From Heterodontus francisci (Eukaryota), in contig NC_090375.1 of NCBI RefSeq assembly GCF_036365525.1, forward strand, positions 138,482,982-138,546,981: a DNA stretch of 64,000 nt, read 5' to 3'. Made by a program: the position numbers and the translations under genes. The notes under the pieces are model-generated. The model made no database searches. It was not told where the DNA came from and saw nothing but the letters and a program-made list of their open reading frames with translations. This document shows, piece by piece, positions 50,790 through 62,552 of this stretch (position 1 is its first letter; each line of letters opens with the position of its first letter).

Positions 50790-52283
50790 GTCTCTTCCCT
50801 CTTTAGTTGTCCGTGGCTGCCTTTTTAGCAAATAAAACGCTTGCCCTTAGGGATAGAAGCTGGTGTTACATTAAATTATTCTTTGAACACCTCCCACTGG
50901 TCTTCTGTCTTTTTACCCGTTAACAGATTTGCCCAGTTTCCTGTGGACAGTCTCTGTCTCAACCCCTTGATGTCAGCTTTACTGAAATCTTGAATCCTAG
51001 TAGCTGGTTCACATTTCTCCCTTTCAAACACTGTGTTGAACTCAATCATATTATGATTGCTGTTAGACAAATGTTCACAAACCATTAGGCTGTTAACTAA
51101 ATCTGGTTCATTACTCATTACTAAATCTCATATGGCATGCCCTCTTGCTGGCTCTAGGACATATTGTTGCAGAAAACTATCCCTGACACACTCAAGAAGT
51201 TCACTATCTTTCTGATATTTGCTAGCCTGCTTATTCCAATCTGTATGGAAGTTAAAATCCCCCAATTAAAACCACTCTTCCTTTCCTACATGATTGTTTA
51301 ATCTCAGCATTTATACAATTTACCACTTTGCAGCTGCTACCAGGTGCCTAGACACAACACTCACTACAGTCTTAAATCCTTTACTATGACCTAATTCTAT
51401 CCATAAATTCTCTACTACCTGTTTAGCTCTTGTTATATCCTCTCTTATCATTGAAGTGATTTCATCTTTAATCACTAAGATTACACCTCCCTATCTACCA
51501 TTTTCATCAATGTGAAACATTAACTGTTCTCTCTCCGCAGATGCTACCAGACCTATTGAGTATTTCCAGCATTTTTTATTTTTATTTCAGATTTCCAGTA
51601 TCTGCAGTACTTTGCTTTTGTCTTAGTAATGGCTATCATGTCATACCCTCCAAGCTAAATTTGTGCCTGCAATTCATTCAATTTGTTCCTTACTCTCCGT
51701 GCTTTTGTATACAGCATGCTAATTTGGGCCACATATTTCTTCGTTCTCGCTCCTGGTTTAATTACTTTACATCTTTTAGTTTTTTTCCTTTACATTTAGT
51801 GTCTAAAGCACAATTTCTGACTGTTACTCTACTCTCTTCCTTTTGTTTGTTTTTGAACTATTATTTCTACTTCCTTTTCCATATGAGCCCTTCCCCCCAA
51901 CTTAGCAGTTAAAGTCCTTGTTACCGCCCTATTTATCCTTTCAACTAGGAGCCTGGTCCCAGCCCATTTCAGGTGGAGCCCAGCCCAATGGTGGAGTTCC
52001 TTTCTGTCCCAGTACTGGTGCCAGTGTACCATGAAATGAAATCCCTCTTGCCCACATTGCTCCTTCAGCCACATGTTCACCTCCCTAATCTGCTTATCCC
52101 TTTGTCAATTTGCACACTGCTCAGCTAATAATCCAGAGATTATAACCCTTGAGGTCCTGTTCTTTAATTTAGCTTCTAGTTTCCTGGTATTCTCCAAACA
52201 GGACCTTTTGCCTACTCTTTCCTATATTGTTGGTCCCAACATGGATCACACCAACTGGATCCTCCCCTTCCCTCTCCAATATT
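50790..52283 (-). mobile_element. CR1 LINE 5' part (ORF1 SGNH-like and endonuclease)
   Basis: 'NMWLKEQCGQEGFHFMVHW..GLHL' and 'EHLSNSNHNMIEF'. PLE fragment at ~51512-51620. Confidence 0.8.
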
Positions 52284-53109
52284 TGTTGCATGTTGTCTTA
52301 ACCTCTGTGTTGGCTGCTACTATACACAAAGCACTGATCACTAAAGACAGGATCAGTAATGCAGTAATGTGGACTCTTTATTTAAGGATGGTTCTGCATG
52401 TACAGACAGATCTTCACTGTACAGGTACATACTTAAGACTGCCCCCAACACAGACGTCACATGGTGTGTAATATCACAGCTCTACACTGCTGGCCTGATA
52501 ACATAGCCATACCTCTTTAGGGTGTATACACACACACAAAATCATTCTTTTCCCAAACAGAAACTCAAATAGGTAAAGCATTAACTATATACAATTTAAC
52601 AATAGTAATATTAACCACCTGCATGGTACGAAACAGTAATTGAAACATGGGAGTACATTAGTCACGGTAACGTAAGGGTGGTTTAATCAACTTGCATGAT
52701 TTAGAAACAGGTTAAGAGTTCTTAGAATCCAGAGCAGATTGTGTGCACTCGACTCTAAGGAAGTGGAATGCATAGACTCTGCTTAGGGATTTGCCTTCGA
52801 TCTAGTCCGATTTGCAATAGAGTCTTCCATGGATCTGGGATCATAGACTGTTCTGATCTGACCCCTATTCCTACACAATTTAGCACCAGTAGAAGTAGTA
52901 ACCTTGTATGAATGTGATTCTGGTTGAATCCTGGAGACTAGTGCAGTACTCCATGTACCAGTTACAGGATGCTGTATCATAACCTACTGTCCTACCACTA
53001 ATTTTGAAAGTTCACTCCCAGCATGACTGTCAAGCACCTCTTTCATTTTTCCCTTTTGCTCCAAAAGAATGTCCTTAAGTTCAGGGTAGATTATTTTCAC
53101 AGGGATGTG

Positions 53110-53385
53110 CTTTGTTTCAGGTGCCTCTGCACTGAGCACAGTCTGAGCTGGAGATGTTGTAGACTGCAGCAACAGGCTCTTCCTTCTTCCTCAGTCTCTT
53201 CTTTAGGTATCTTGAAGCCACAAGATGGGCAAAAGTTGAAGACAGCTTCTATCTTCTGGCCACAATATGGGTAAAATGTAAAGATCATTCTGAGACCACG
53301 GCCTTTCTTACACTCACTTGCTTCAGGGTCTTTCCGAGTCAATGGCTGAAGCCAGGAGGGATGCGGTGCTTAGCGCTGCCCAATG
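53110..53385 (-). pseudogene. vrk3: Captured host fragment: 5' UTR and N-terminal zinc ribbon, VRK3-like
   Basis: ATG at 53288 gives MIFTFYPYCGQKIEAVFNFCPSCGFKIPKEE. The recalled human VRK3 N-terminus is MISFCPDCGKSIQAAFKFCPYCGNSLPVEE. Confidence 0.6.
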
Positions 53386-54696
53386 CCATGTATAGTTACC
53401 AGGCTCAAATCCTTTCACACCTGTAGTCCAGCTATAGCAGGTCGAGCCATTTGGACGATGTCAAAAAGTTTGGATTTCCAATCTGAATCATTGCATTTGC
53501 ATGTAATCTTGATGGATCCTAAACATGGGATCGAGGATCCATTGTATGTGGTAAGTTGGACGTTTGCGGCATCACTATAGCTCACCATTTACCCACATAC
53601 ATGCCTTTTAAGATGTGTAGAGGTAAAATATTTGTGCTGGCACCCATGTCCACCTTCGCCCAGAGCACATATGTGCCCTTCTTTTTTGGACATAGAACAC
53701 AAATAGATTCAAACGCCTTCAGTGGAGTAATTGTATCAATGCGTTTGGTGACATTGAGAGTGCGAAATGACTGTTTCTCTTGCCCAATTGAACTTGGACT
53801 TTCACCGTCATCATCACTAGTGTTGATGTCATCCGCGACCTCGTGGATGTATCGGTTGTGATGTGAAGTATGAGTGCAAAGCTTGTCAGGTCGTGAAGCC
53901 TTCTTTTGGTCTGTTAGACTGTGGTCAGGGCTCTTAACAGCAGCATCTGTCTTGGCTTTCTGACACTTATGTTTTTGGTGATCCCTGACACCACATGCTT
54001 TGTAAATGTTGTTGAATGCTGGGCAACTCTTATGCATATTTAAGAGCCCTTACCTTTTGCATGGTTTCCTGTACATGGAATCCTTATTCAGTTCACCAAT
54101 GCTGTTTGCAGCACATAGGGCTTGTAAACTCTGTTGGCCTGCATTAATAGACTTGAATTTTCAACAATCTCTGAGCAAGGGGTCCACTGTATACCCCTTG
54201 CGCATCTCTAAAAGATCCCTCTGGTATGCCTGTATTCTTGTGGATGCCAGTTCAGTCTCGGTGAAGTTACATTCGCAGTCCTTAGCTCAACATTGACTGA
54301 CAAACTGGTCAAAGGACTCAGTCGGCTTCTGTCAAAAGGACATGAATTTGAGTCGATAGACCGGAAATTTGAGTCTGACACGAAGTTGATCCTCTAATGT
54401 GGATCAGAATTTTGCGGGCTCCTTCGGCTCTTCTTTGGTAAGACCAGAAGTGTTAAGGTGATGTAAGCCTTCATTGTCAATGGCAATGCATATTTTTACT
54501 GCCTGCTTCTGTGGATCCTTGACTGTTAAGTCATCAAAACATAGCTCGACTCCTTGCTTGAAAAGCTGAAATACTGATAGCAGGTCAGATGTTTTTCAGT
54601 TGATGCTAGGGAACTGTGCTGTCATTCTTATAATGACTCCCTGCCTTTGCTCTTAAAATAAATCTCTTGCTGTTCAGGCAAACAAAAATAACTGCC

Positions 54697-54850
54697 TGCA
54701 GTTCCACTTATGAACAAGTTTGGAGGGTGTGGCACTGTCTCCTGCTATAGTAACTGGTTGCAGTTCCACTTGTGAACAAGCTTGGAAGTGTGGCACTATC
54801 TCCTGCTACACAGGCAGAGAGCTGGCTGCAGTTGAAGGATGTGGCGCTGT
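54697..54850. repeat. ~62-bp tandem repeat (2 copies plus a partial) in the Gypsy leader
   Basis: tgcagttccactt.tgaacaag.ttgga...gtggcact.tctcctgcta at 54697 and 54759. Confidence 0.8.
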
Positions 54851-55094
54851 TGCCCAATTCGTGCGCTTTTGTTAGGCCCAGCACACAAAGCTGTCAATCT
54901 GGGAAAGGACTTTGCAATGATAGCCCAGCTTTTTAAAAAAAAAACTTTTGGCTTGGTCGGAACAGGCTTTGGATGGCGCAATCCTGGAACAACCTGTAGT
55001 GAACTTGGATCAGTCATGTTCTCGATGATTGGCAGAACGGGCTCAGGGGTAAAAATGGCCTACTCCTGTTCCTATATTCCCATGTTCCCAAGCA

Positions 55095-58000
55095 ATCAGG
55101 AAGCTGAAGATGTGCTTTAGATGCCTGAACAGATCAGGGGCACCCTTCAGTGTGCACCAGTCCAGGTATCGAGAATGATAGTGGTGCACTGTGCTTTGCA
55201 CAACATAGCACAGCAGCGAGGACTGGAGCTCCAGGCAGAAGAAGTTCCTGAGTGCACGGCCTCTTCGGAGAAGAAACTTGATGTTCCAAAGTCACCTATA
55301 GCAGTGCTCATATTGTTCGGGATGCCAAGGATGGCCTAATTATGGAACAGTTCAGTTTGACTCCAGCAGTATACCCACCTGCCAGACAAATTCTGAAACC
55401 ATTTAACTTCTCCATTCCCCAGCACAAAGCAGTCCACATTCAACAAAGCATCCTTGTCACACACACCCATTGCTTGTCTTTAATTCTTGTCTTACTGGTC
55501 ATCGCAAGTGAGAAGGCCACTTGTCAGGCAGTAGACAAAAATCAGCAAGAGAGAAAATGATGACAAATGATGACAATGTAATCCTTAGATTACAGGACAA
55601 TATAGATGGGCTGGTAAGATGGGTGGAGCAGTGGCAAATGGAATTTAATCCTGAAAAGTGTGAGGTGGTGCATTTTGGGAGGACTAACAAGGCAAGGGAA
55701 TATACAATGGATGGTAGGACCCTAGGAAGTACAGAAGGTCAGAGGGACCTTGGTGTACTTGTCCATAGATCACTGAAGGCAGCAGCACAGGTAGATAAGG
55801 TGGTTAGGAAGGCAGATGGAATACTTGTCTTTATTAGCCGAGGCATAGAGTATAAAAGCAGGGAGGTTATGACGGAGCTGTATAAAATGCTAGTTAGGCC
55901 ACAGCTGGAGTATTGTGTACAGTTCTGGGCACCACACTATAGGAAGGATGTGATTGCACTGGAGAGAGTGCAGAGGAGATTCACCAGGATGTTGCCTGGG
56001 CTGGAGCATTTCAGCTATGAAGAGAGACTGAAAAGGCTAGGGTTGTTTTCCTTGGAGCAGAGAAGGCTGAGGGGGAACATGATTGAGGTGTACAAGATTA
56101 TGAGGGGCATTGATAGGTTAGATAGGAAGAAACTTTTTCCCTTAGTGGAGGGGTCAATAACCAGGGGGTATAGATTTAAGGTAAGGGTCAGAAGGTTTAG
56201 AGGGGATTTGAGGAAATATTTATTCACCCAGCGGGTGGTTGGAATCTGGAACGCACTGCCTGAAGAGGTGGTGGAGGCAGGAAGCCTCACAACATTTAAG
56301 AAGTATTTAGATGAGCACTTGAAACGCCATAGCATATAAGACTACTGGCCAAGTGCAGGAATATGGGATTAGAATGGAATGGATTAGAATATGGGATGAG
56401 TTCCGAAGAAGGGTCACTGACCCGAAACGTTAACTCTGCTTCTCTTTCCACAGATGCTGCCAGACCTGCTGAGTGAATCCAGCATTTCTTGTTTTTGTTT
56501 GGGATTAGAATAGTTGGGTGCTGGGTGGCCGGCACAGACATGATGGGCCGAAGGGCCTGTTTCTGTGCTGTATAACTCTATGACTCTATGACAATGACAA
56601 CAAATAATTTCAATCTTTCAAAAAAATTAAATAAAATTAAGAATCTTACATTGTTAAGCAAGCACATGCATAGGCTTGTGCAACCACAAATCTTTACCCT
56701 TCCTTTTTCTATTCCTTTTACTCCTATTCTACTCCTTTGCTTCCTACTTCCTTTTTCAGGGATGCAACCATAGTGGCTTCAGCAGAAGTAGAGACAGGCT
56801 GCAGATATCCCTACTCTGACTGCTGAGATGCTCATGGCTGATATCCTCTGGGTCATGGAACCCATGAGGGCCCTGCCAGATACTGTCCCACATGTACCTA
56901 TGCGGGGATTGACTCGGCCATCGGGACAGGAGGCAGCTTGTGGGGCACTGACTGAGGGGGCGCAATGGGTGATAAGTGGATGGGCTTTGAGCAGAGACCC
57001 CAATCCCATGTCCCTTTCACAGCCCACATGCACTTTACTGCTCACAATGAGCTGGAGAGCACTTTACTGTGTATCAGTGGGGTTCTAAAGGGTCAAGGCT
57101 AGGTTTTCATCAATCCTGTTTAAGGTGGCTTTCAGAGTTTTCAAGCCATTGGTAAGCACCAGCATGCATTTGTTGAGCTGCTACATTAGATGCTTGATGC
57201 AGATGGGCACTCTTTTCCTTGACTTAGACATGATCGCAAAGGCCCGAGCCATCATAATACTCATCCTTGAGACAGACTCCTCCAAACTCTCTCCATGCAT
57301 ATGCAGTGCAGCTGGAAAGGCTGTCAGCACCGCACACATTTTCTTTTGCTGTCCCATCATAGTCCTCTTCATTGAGGCTCCCAAGGCTCAGCACCTGCAT
57401 CCAGCTAAGCAGAGCTTGGAATGTCCTGTGTCCTCTGACGGAGACTCTCCACTGCTGCCCCTGTCTCCACCACCTGCTCTTGCTCACTTGTGATGTGTAC
57501 TTCACCATGTGAAAATCCAATTAACATTCTTGTTGATCCCACCGAGATGTGTGTATCTGAGCTGGTTGATGGTCTGCATGAGCCCTGTGATGGTCCATCC
57601 TCCGAGTGAGTGACCTCCTCTGAGTAACCTCATCCTCCTCCTGCACCACCTCCTATCGACTGCTTGATGGGCCTGTGGGATTTGAAAGACATAATGCAGA
57701 ACTGTCAAGGTAAGAAGATATTAAGTCATTATTGTGCACATTATCATATTTCATTGGCTGCTGACATCAAGTCAACATGAGTAACTGTTGTATGCCATAT
57801 GGCTGTGTGACATTTAATTCTGTCACCAGGTATCCTGAAGACCCTATCTCTCCATCTCTGATAACCAAGCATGCCAAGATTGGTTTGTTTCCAGCACTTC
57901 CTCCTCTGAATGGAGATGACTGGAGGGCCACCTCCAGTTCTCTGCCCTTTCCTGGTGTTTTGTGATCACTTCTCCTGCAAGGAAGGAAAGAACAGACCTA

Positions 58001-58746
58001 TGAGTGAGAGTAATGGAATGCGTTGAGTGGATGGATGGACAACATGGGTTGAGGGTCACTGTGAGGGATAGGTATGATATTCTATTAAGATGAGGGTGTC
58101 TTTGGTGCAAGGTCAGATGGGGATGTGAGGAGACGCATAGAGAGAAGGATGGGTGCACCTGCAAGATAAGTTGCTTTGAGGAGTGATGTTCAGGTGTCGG
58201 CTTAGGAAGGCAGAGTGAGGTCTTTGGGGTTAGACACACAGGATGCATTTAATGTGCTATTGCATTCATCTTTCTTGACCTGTTTAGTTAATTAAACCTC
58301 TTCTAGTACTCTAACCAGAAGCATGGCACCACACTCCTGCTGCTAAGCTCTTCTGCAATCTCCAGCCATGCCTTCTTACTCTCTGAGGCAGGCTTTTTAC
58401 TCCAGTCTGCAGGGAAGAAAATTCCATTTGGGCCCCGACAGACTGCAGCATCAGCTCTGGGAAGGCATCAGGGAAAGAGCTGCTGCCCTGTAATATTATG
58501 GATCCAATGTTGCGGTTTCTTCCTCTGGACAATCCTTCAACTTTCATCTTAGTCGGGTGCCTTTAAATACTTTAGCTGAAATAGACTCATGAGGGTCATC
58601 ATCATGTTCACTCGCACTAATTGATCTGGAAAGCTGGATGTCAGATGCTAATGCAATGACTCAGTTGAAATGCTACTGACAAATGAGCTATTGAAACTTC
58701 TGAGCTCACTCACTGCTAGCACATCAAACAGTTAAACTCCAGCCCA
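55095..58746. mobile_element. Harbinger transposon remnant: transposase C-terminus (+) converging on a spliced Myb/SANT gene (-)
   Basis: GTLQCAPVQVSRMIVVHCALHNIA at 55121-55339. Myb exons at 58550-58270, ~57975-57830 and 57700-56760. End 'aaactccagccc'. Confidence 0.75.
55575..56592 (+). mobile_element. Young CR1 LINE 3' part
   Basis: Open RT C-terminal ORF to 56339 and (ctctatga)n tail. PLE fragment at 56398-56500. Confidence 0.93.
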
Positions 58747-58747
58747 T

Positions 58748-60836
58748 AGTGTCTACAAAGGGATATAGACAGATTAAGTGAGTAGGCAAGAAGGTGGCAG
58801 ATGGTGTACAATGTGTGCAGATATGAGGTTATTCACTTTGGTAGGAAGAAACAAAAATTAATATTTTTTAAATGGTGAGAAACTATTGTATCAAAAATAA
58901 AATACTGCGGATGCTGGAAATCTGAAACAAAAACAGAAAATGCTGGAAATACACAGCAGGTCAGGCAGCATCTGCGGAATGAAAAGCAGAGTTAATGTTT
59001 CAAGTCAATGGCCTTTCTGTTCAGCTGGATTTAGGTGTCCATGTTGACGAAACACAGAAACTTAACATGCAGGTATAGCAAGCAATTAGAAAGGCAACAG
59101 GTATGTTGGCCTTTATTGAAGGGGATTGGAATGCAAAAATAAGGAATTCTTGCTGCAATTGTACAATACTTTGGTGAGACAGGACCTGGAATACTTTGTA
59201 CAGTTTTGATCTCCATACCTGAGGAAGGATATATTTTGGGGAGGCGGTGGCGAAGTGGTAATGTCACTGGACTAGTAATCCAGAGCCCAGGCTAATACTC
59301 TGGGGACATGGGTTTGAATCCCACCATGGCAGATCGTGAAATTTGAATTCAATTAATAAATCTGGAATTAAAAGCTAGTCTAATGGTGACCATGAAACCT
59401 TTGTCGATTGTTGTAAAAACACATCTGGTTCACTAATGTCCTTTAGGGAAGGAAAATTTGCCGTCCTTACCTGGTCTGGCCTACATGTGACTCCAGACCC
59501 ACAGCAATGTGGTTGACTCTTACAATGCCCTCTGAAATGGCCTAACAGGCCACTCAAGGGCAATTAGGGATGGGCAATAAATGCTGGCCTAGCCAGTGAT
59601 TCCCACATCCCATGAACGATTAAAAAAAAATACTTACCTTCAAGGTGGTGCAATGAAGGTTCGTGAGATTTATTCCTGGGATGATGGGGTTGTCCTATGA
59701 AGAAAGGTTGAGTAGAACCTGCCTATACTCTCGCAAGTTCAGAAAAATGAGCGGTGATCATATTCAAACATATAAGGCTTGAATTTTATGGGGCCTGCAA
59801 GAGCGAGCTGGGAGGTGGGGGAGGGGGATGCTAGAAGATGGCGGGGGTGGCATGCCCGTCACCTTCCTACAGCCATGGCATTTTCCAGTGGCAGGAAAGG
59901 TGGAGCTAGGCTCTCTTTCCCAGAGGCCAATTGTGCCACTTAAGTGACGAATTAAGGGCCTCTTCCCACCGCCCCGGCATTTTACCAGGAACAGGTATGC
60001 CCTCCGCTGAATGGGGAAACTGCCTGATGAACCTTCATGGCTTCCCTGCAGCCTCAGGGGGTGGGGGGGGCCCTCCTAAACGGGAAATCTGTGGCTCATG
60101 GAGGGGCCCATGTTGGCTGCCCCTGTGGCAACACACACCCCCACTCTCACCATCCACCCCACCCCTTCCTTGCCGGAGCTTGCCTAACTGGCCCTGGTGA
60201 CCCCTGAACCCACTTACCTTGTTGCGAGGCCAGCATCCATCGATGTGTCTTGTAGCCTGGTGCAGTCCCGGCGGTGGCCACTGCCGGGATGAAGGCGTTG
60301 CCAGCCCTCCGATTGGCTGGCAGCTCTTGGAGGTGGGTGCCCATCCCTTAAAGGGATAGGAGCCCAGACGGCAGCTAGATTGGCGGAATATCCGGCTGGG
60401 GCTCCCCCAAACGGCCGAGGCAGGGTTGCCGCCAGCTCTGTTGCCCATCGTTTAGGCTACTGCCGCCCTGATAAAATCCAGTTTATATGATTCTGAGAGA
60501 GCTTGACAGAATAGGTGCTGAGAGGCTGTTTCCCCTGGCTGGAGCGTCTAAAACTAGGTGACATAATCTCAGGATAAGGAGTCAGCCCTTATCAGAGAAA
60601 TTTCTTCACTCAGTGTTGTGAATCTTTGGAATTTTCTATTCCAGAGGGCTGTGGATGCTCAGTTGATCAGAATATTCATGACTGAGACAGATTTTTGGGC
60701 ACTAAAGGAATCAAGGGTTATGGGAATAGTGCAGAAAAGTGGAATTGAGGTCTATGATCAGCCATGATCTTATTGAATGGTGGAGTAGACTAGAGGGGCT
60801 AGATGGCCTACTCTTGCTCCTTTTTCTATGTTCTTA
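58748..60836 (+). mobile_element. Old CR1 3' part with nested PLE (58893-59025), SINE (59238-59630) and MITE (59776-60484)
   Basis: CR1 RT-tail sequence resumes after each insert. Confidence 0.8.
59238..59630 (+). mobile_element. tRNA-head SINE (second family)
   Basis: ggggaggcggtggcgaagtgg head, B-box-like ggtttgaatcc, LINE-derived tail and poly-A. Confidence 0.85.
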
Positions 60837-61859
60837 TATTGATTAAAAAAAACCGATCTATTGTGAGACTTAAATCAAGCTAAAACTACTATCTAATGTT
60901 AAGACATGCTACTAATTTGTTGTCCACCAGCTCTTAAACAATTCTTTCAAAAGTAAAATAGAAATATACAGAGAATCATACATGTTAAATGGTCAATATA
61001 AAAACATATTCTATAATATTTAGGGTTTCACAACATTCTTTTCTTGAGAATAATTCCCGGACCAGTTTTCTGAACATCGTTCTTCACACAATCTGGGATG
61101 AAAACTGAATAAGGAATCAATAGCTGGCTTTCATCTCAATGAAAAGCATCAATACCCCCTACGGCTGTTTTCACTATGTGTGCCTGAAAAGTTTCATGAG
61201 AAAAAACTTAACATGAAAGCAACCAGACTATGCTCGATTGTTTTCAGCGAGGTCATAATTCAGAATATTCCTGGAGGTATGAATGTTAAGGAATTTGGAA
61301 AGTGAACTAAGCGTTGAGAGTATATAAGTCTACAGCATTAGGAATATTAGGTATTAGAATGAATCACATTTTGTTGGGAATAAACCCTGCTATTATGAAG
61401 ATAAGAAAGGGAAAACCTGCTCAGAAATAAATCCATGTACTATTCAGATTGTTGGTCATTTATTTTTAATGAGAATGGATGGACCAACGAACATGTGGAC
61501 TGAATGACTAAATTGCTTCTAAAGATACAAAAATACCATGGAATCACTTAGAAACATGCTGCTTATTAGTAGATTGATCACACAATATGCATTACACATG
61601 TAACCAAGGAAGTGGTTGAAAAACTCTGAATTGAATGTAAGATTATAATTTGTCTAACATTCCTTATTCCTACCCCATAGACATGTTGAACCTGTACACA
61701 AGAATAAATATATTTTGAACACTAAATACTAACACCAAATCCAAATGCAAAAACAAATTTATCAAACAAGTCATGCCATAATTTACAAAAATAAAATTCA
61801 CCTTAGGGCCTATCTTGTGTCTTCCTTTCCTGAACTTAGTGTTGCTAAGGTGTGTTTCT

Positions 61860-62550
61860 CTAATGGCCACATCTTAGCAAGTGGGAAGATTGCTGAGCTC
61901 CATTGAGGACACTACAGATGCCTCGATGATCCAACCTTAAATTGCAGCATTGCAGCCTGGGTTGGAGCAATCTGATAATGAATGGTGCCAGCAAAGTCAC
62001 TGGTGAATTGTCCACTGGGAGCAGGCACACTGTCATTCTGACTGCCTCAAAAGGCAAGATGGCAGTTGTCTGAAGTTCCATGGGAGCAGTTGTCCTACAA
62101 TAGAAGCTGTCAGATATGTCATGAGAGGCTCTGTCATGGTGGGTTTCACCTCATTGCTAATGGAGCTAACCACTCATTCCACATTGAACAGAATGGGTTC
62201 CATGATCAGTGCAAAGCTTTGCTGCAAGTTGAAGTTTGAATCCTCTGCGCTTTACAGCAACATGTGCAAGCTCTCTGGCAGGCAGGCCACTGCACAATTT
62301 CCTGGTGTATGCCTATTAGCCATCTTCGGTAGCCTGGTAAATCCAAGTCTTCATCTGAGTCCTCTACAACAGAATAGGTATGCAATCACAGCTTCTAGCA
62401 AGCTGGTACATGCAGCATCCCATCCCCAGGCCCTAGCTCCTGCACACTTGTGAATCATCAGGTGCAGATCACTCCTCTAACCTAACTTCTAAGGTCCATG
62501 TGGTGTCAATATCTGAGCTGGTGGTTGCGAGAGTAAGATCAAGTGATGGT
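61860..62550 (-). mobile_element. Probable Harbinger Myb-ORF C-terminal fragment
   Basis: Minus frame 'LPESL...SAEDSNFNLQQSFALIMEPIL' resembles 57181-57384. Confidence 0.4.
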
Positions 62551-62552
62551 GC

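Larger units (their letters stand above)
52284..54990 (-). mobile_element. Non-autonomous Gypsy element: gag-PR, foreign insert, IN C-terminus, one LTR
   Basis: gag at ~54620-53950. PR 'AKVDMGASTNILP'. IN tail 'GTW..ALV....SYKV..G..LCRNR.QIR'. LTR-like segment at ~52284-52535. No 5' LTR is visible. Confidence 0.8.
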
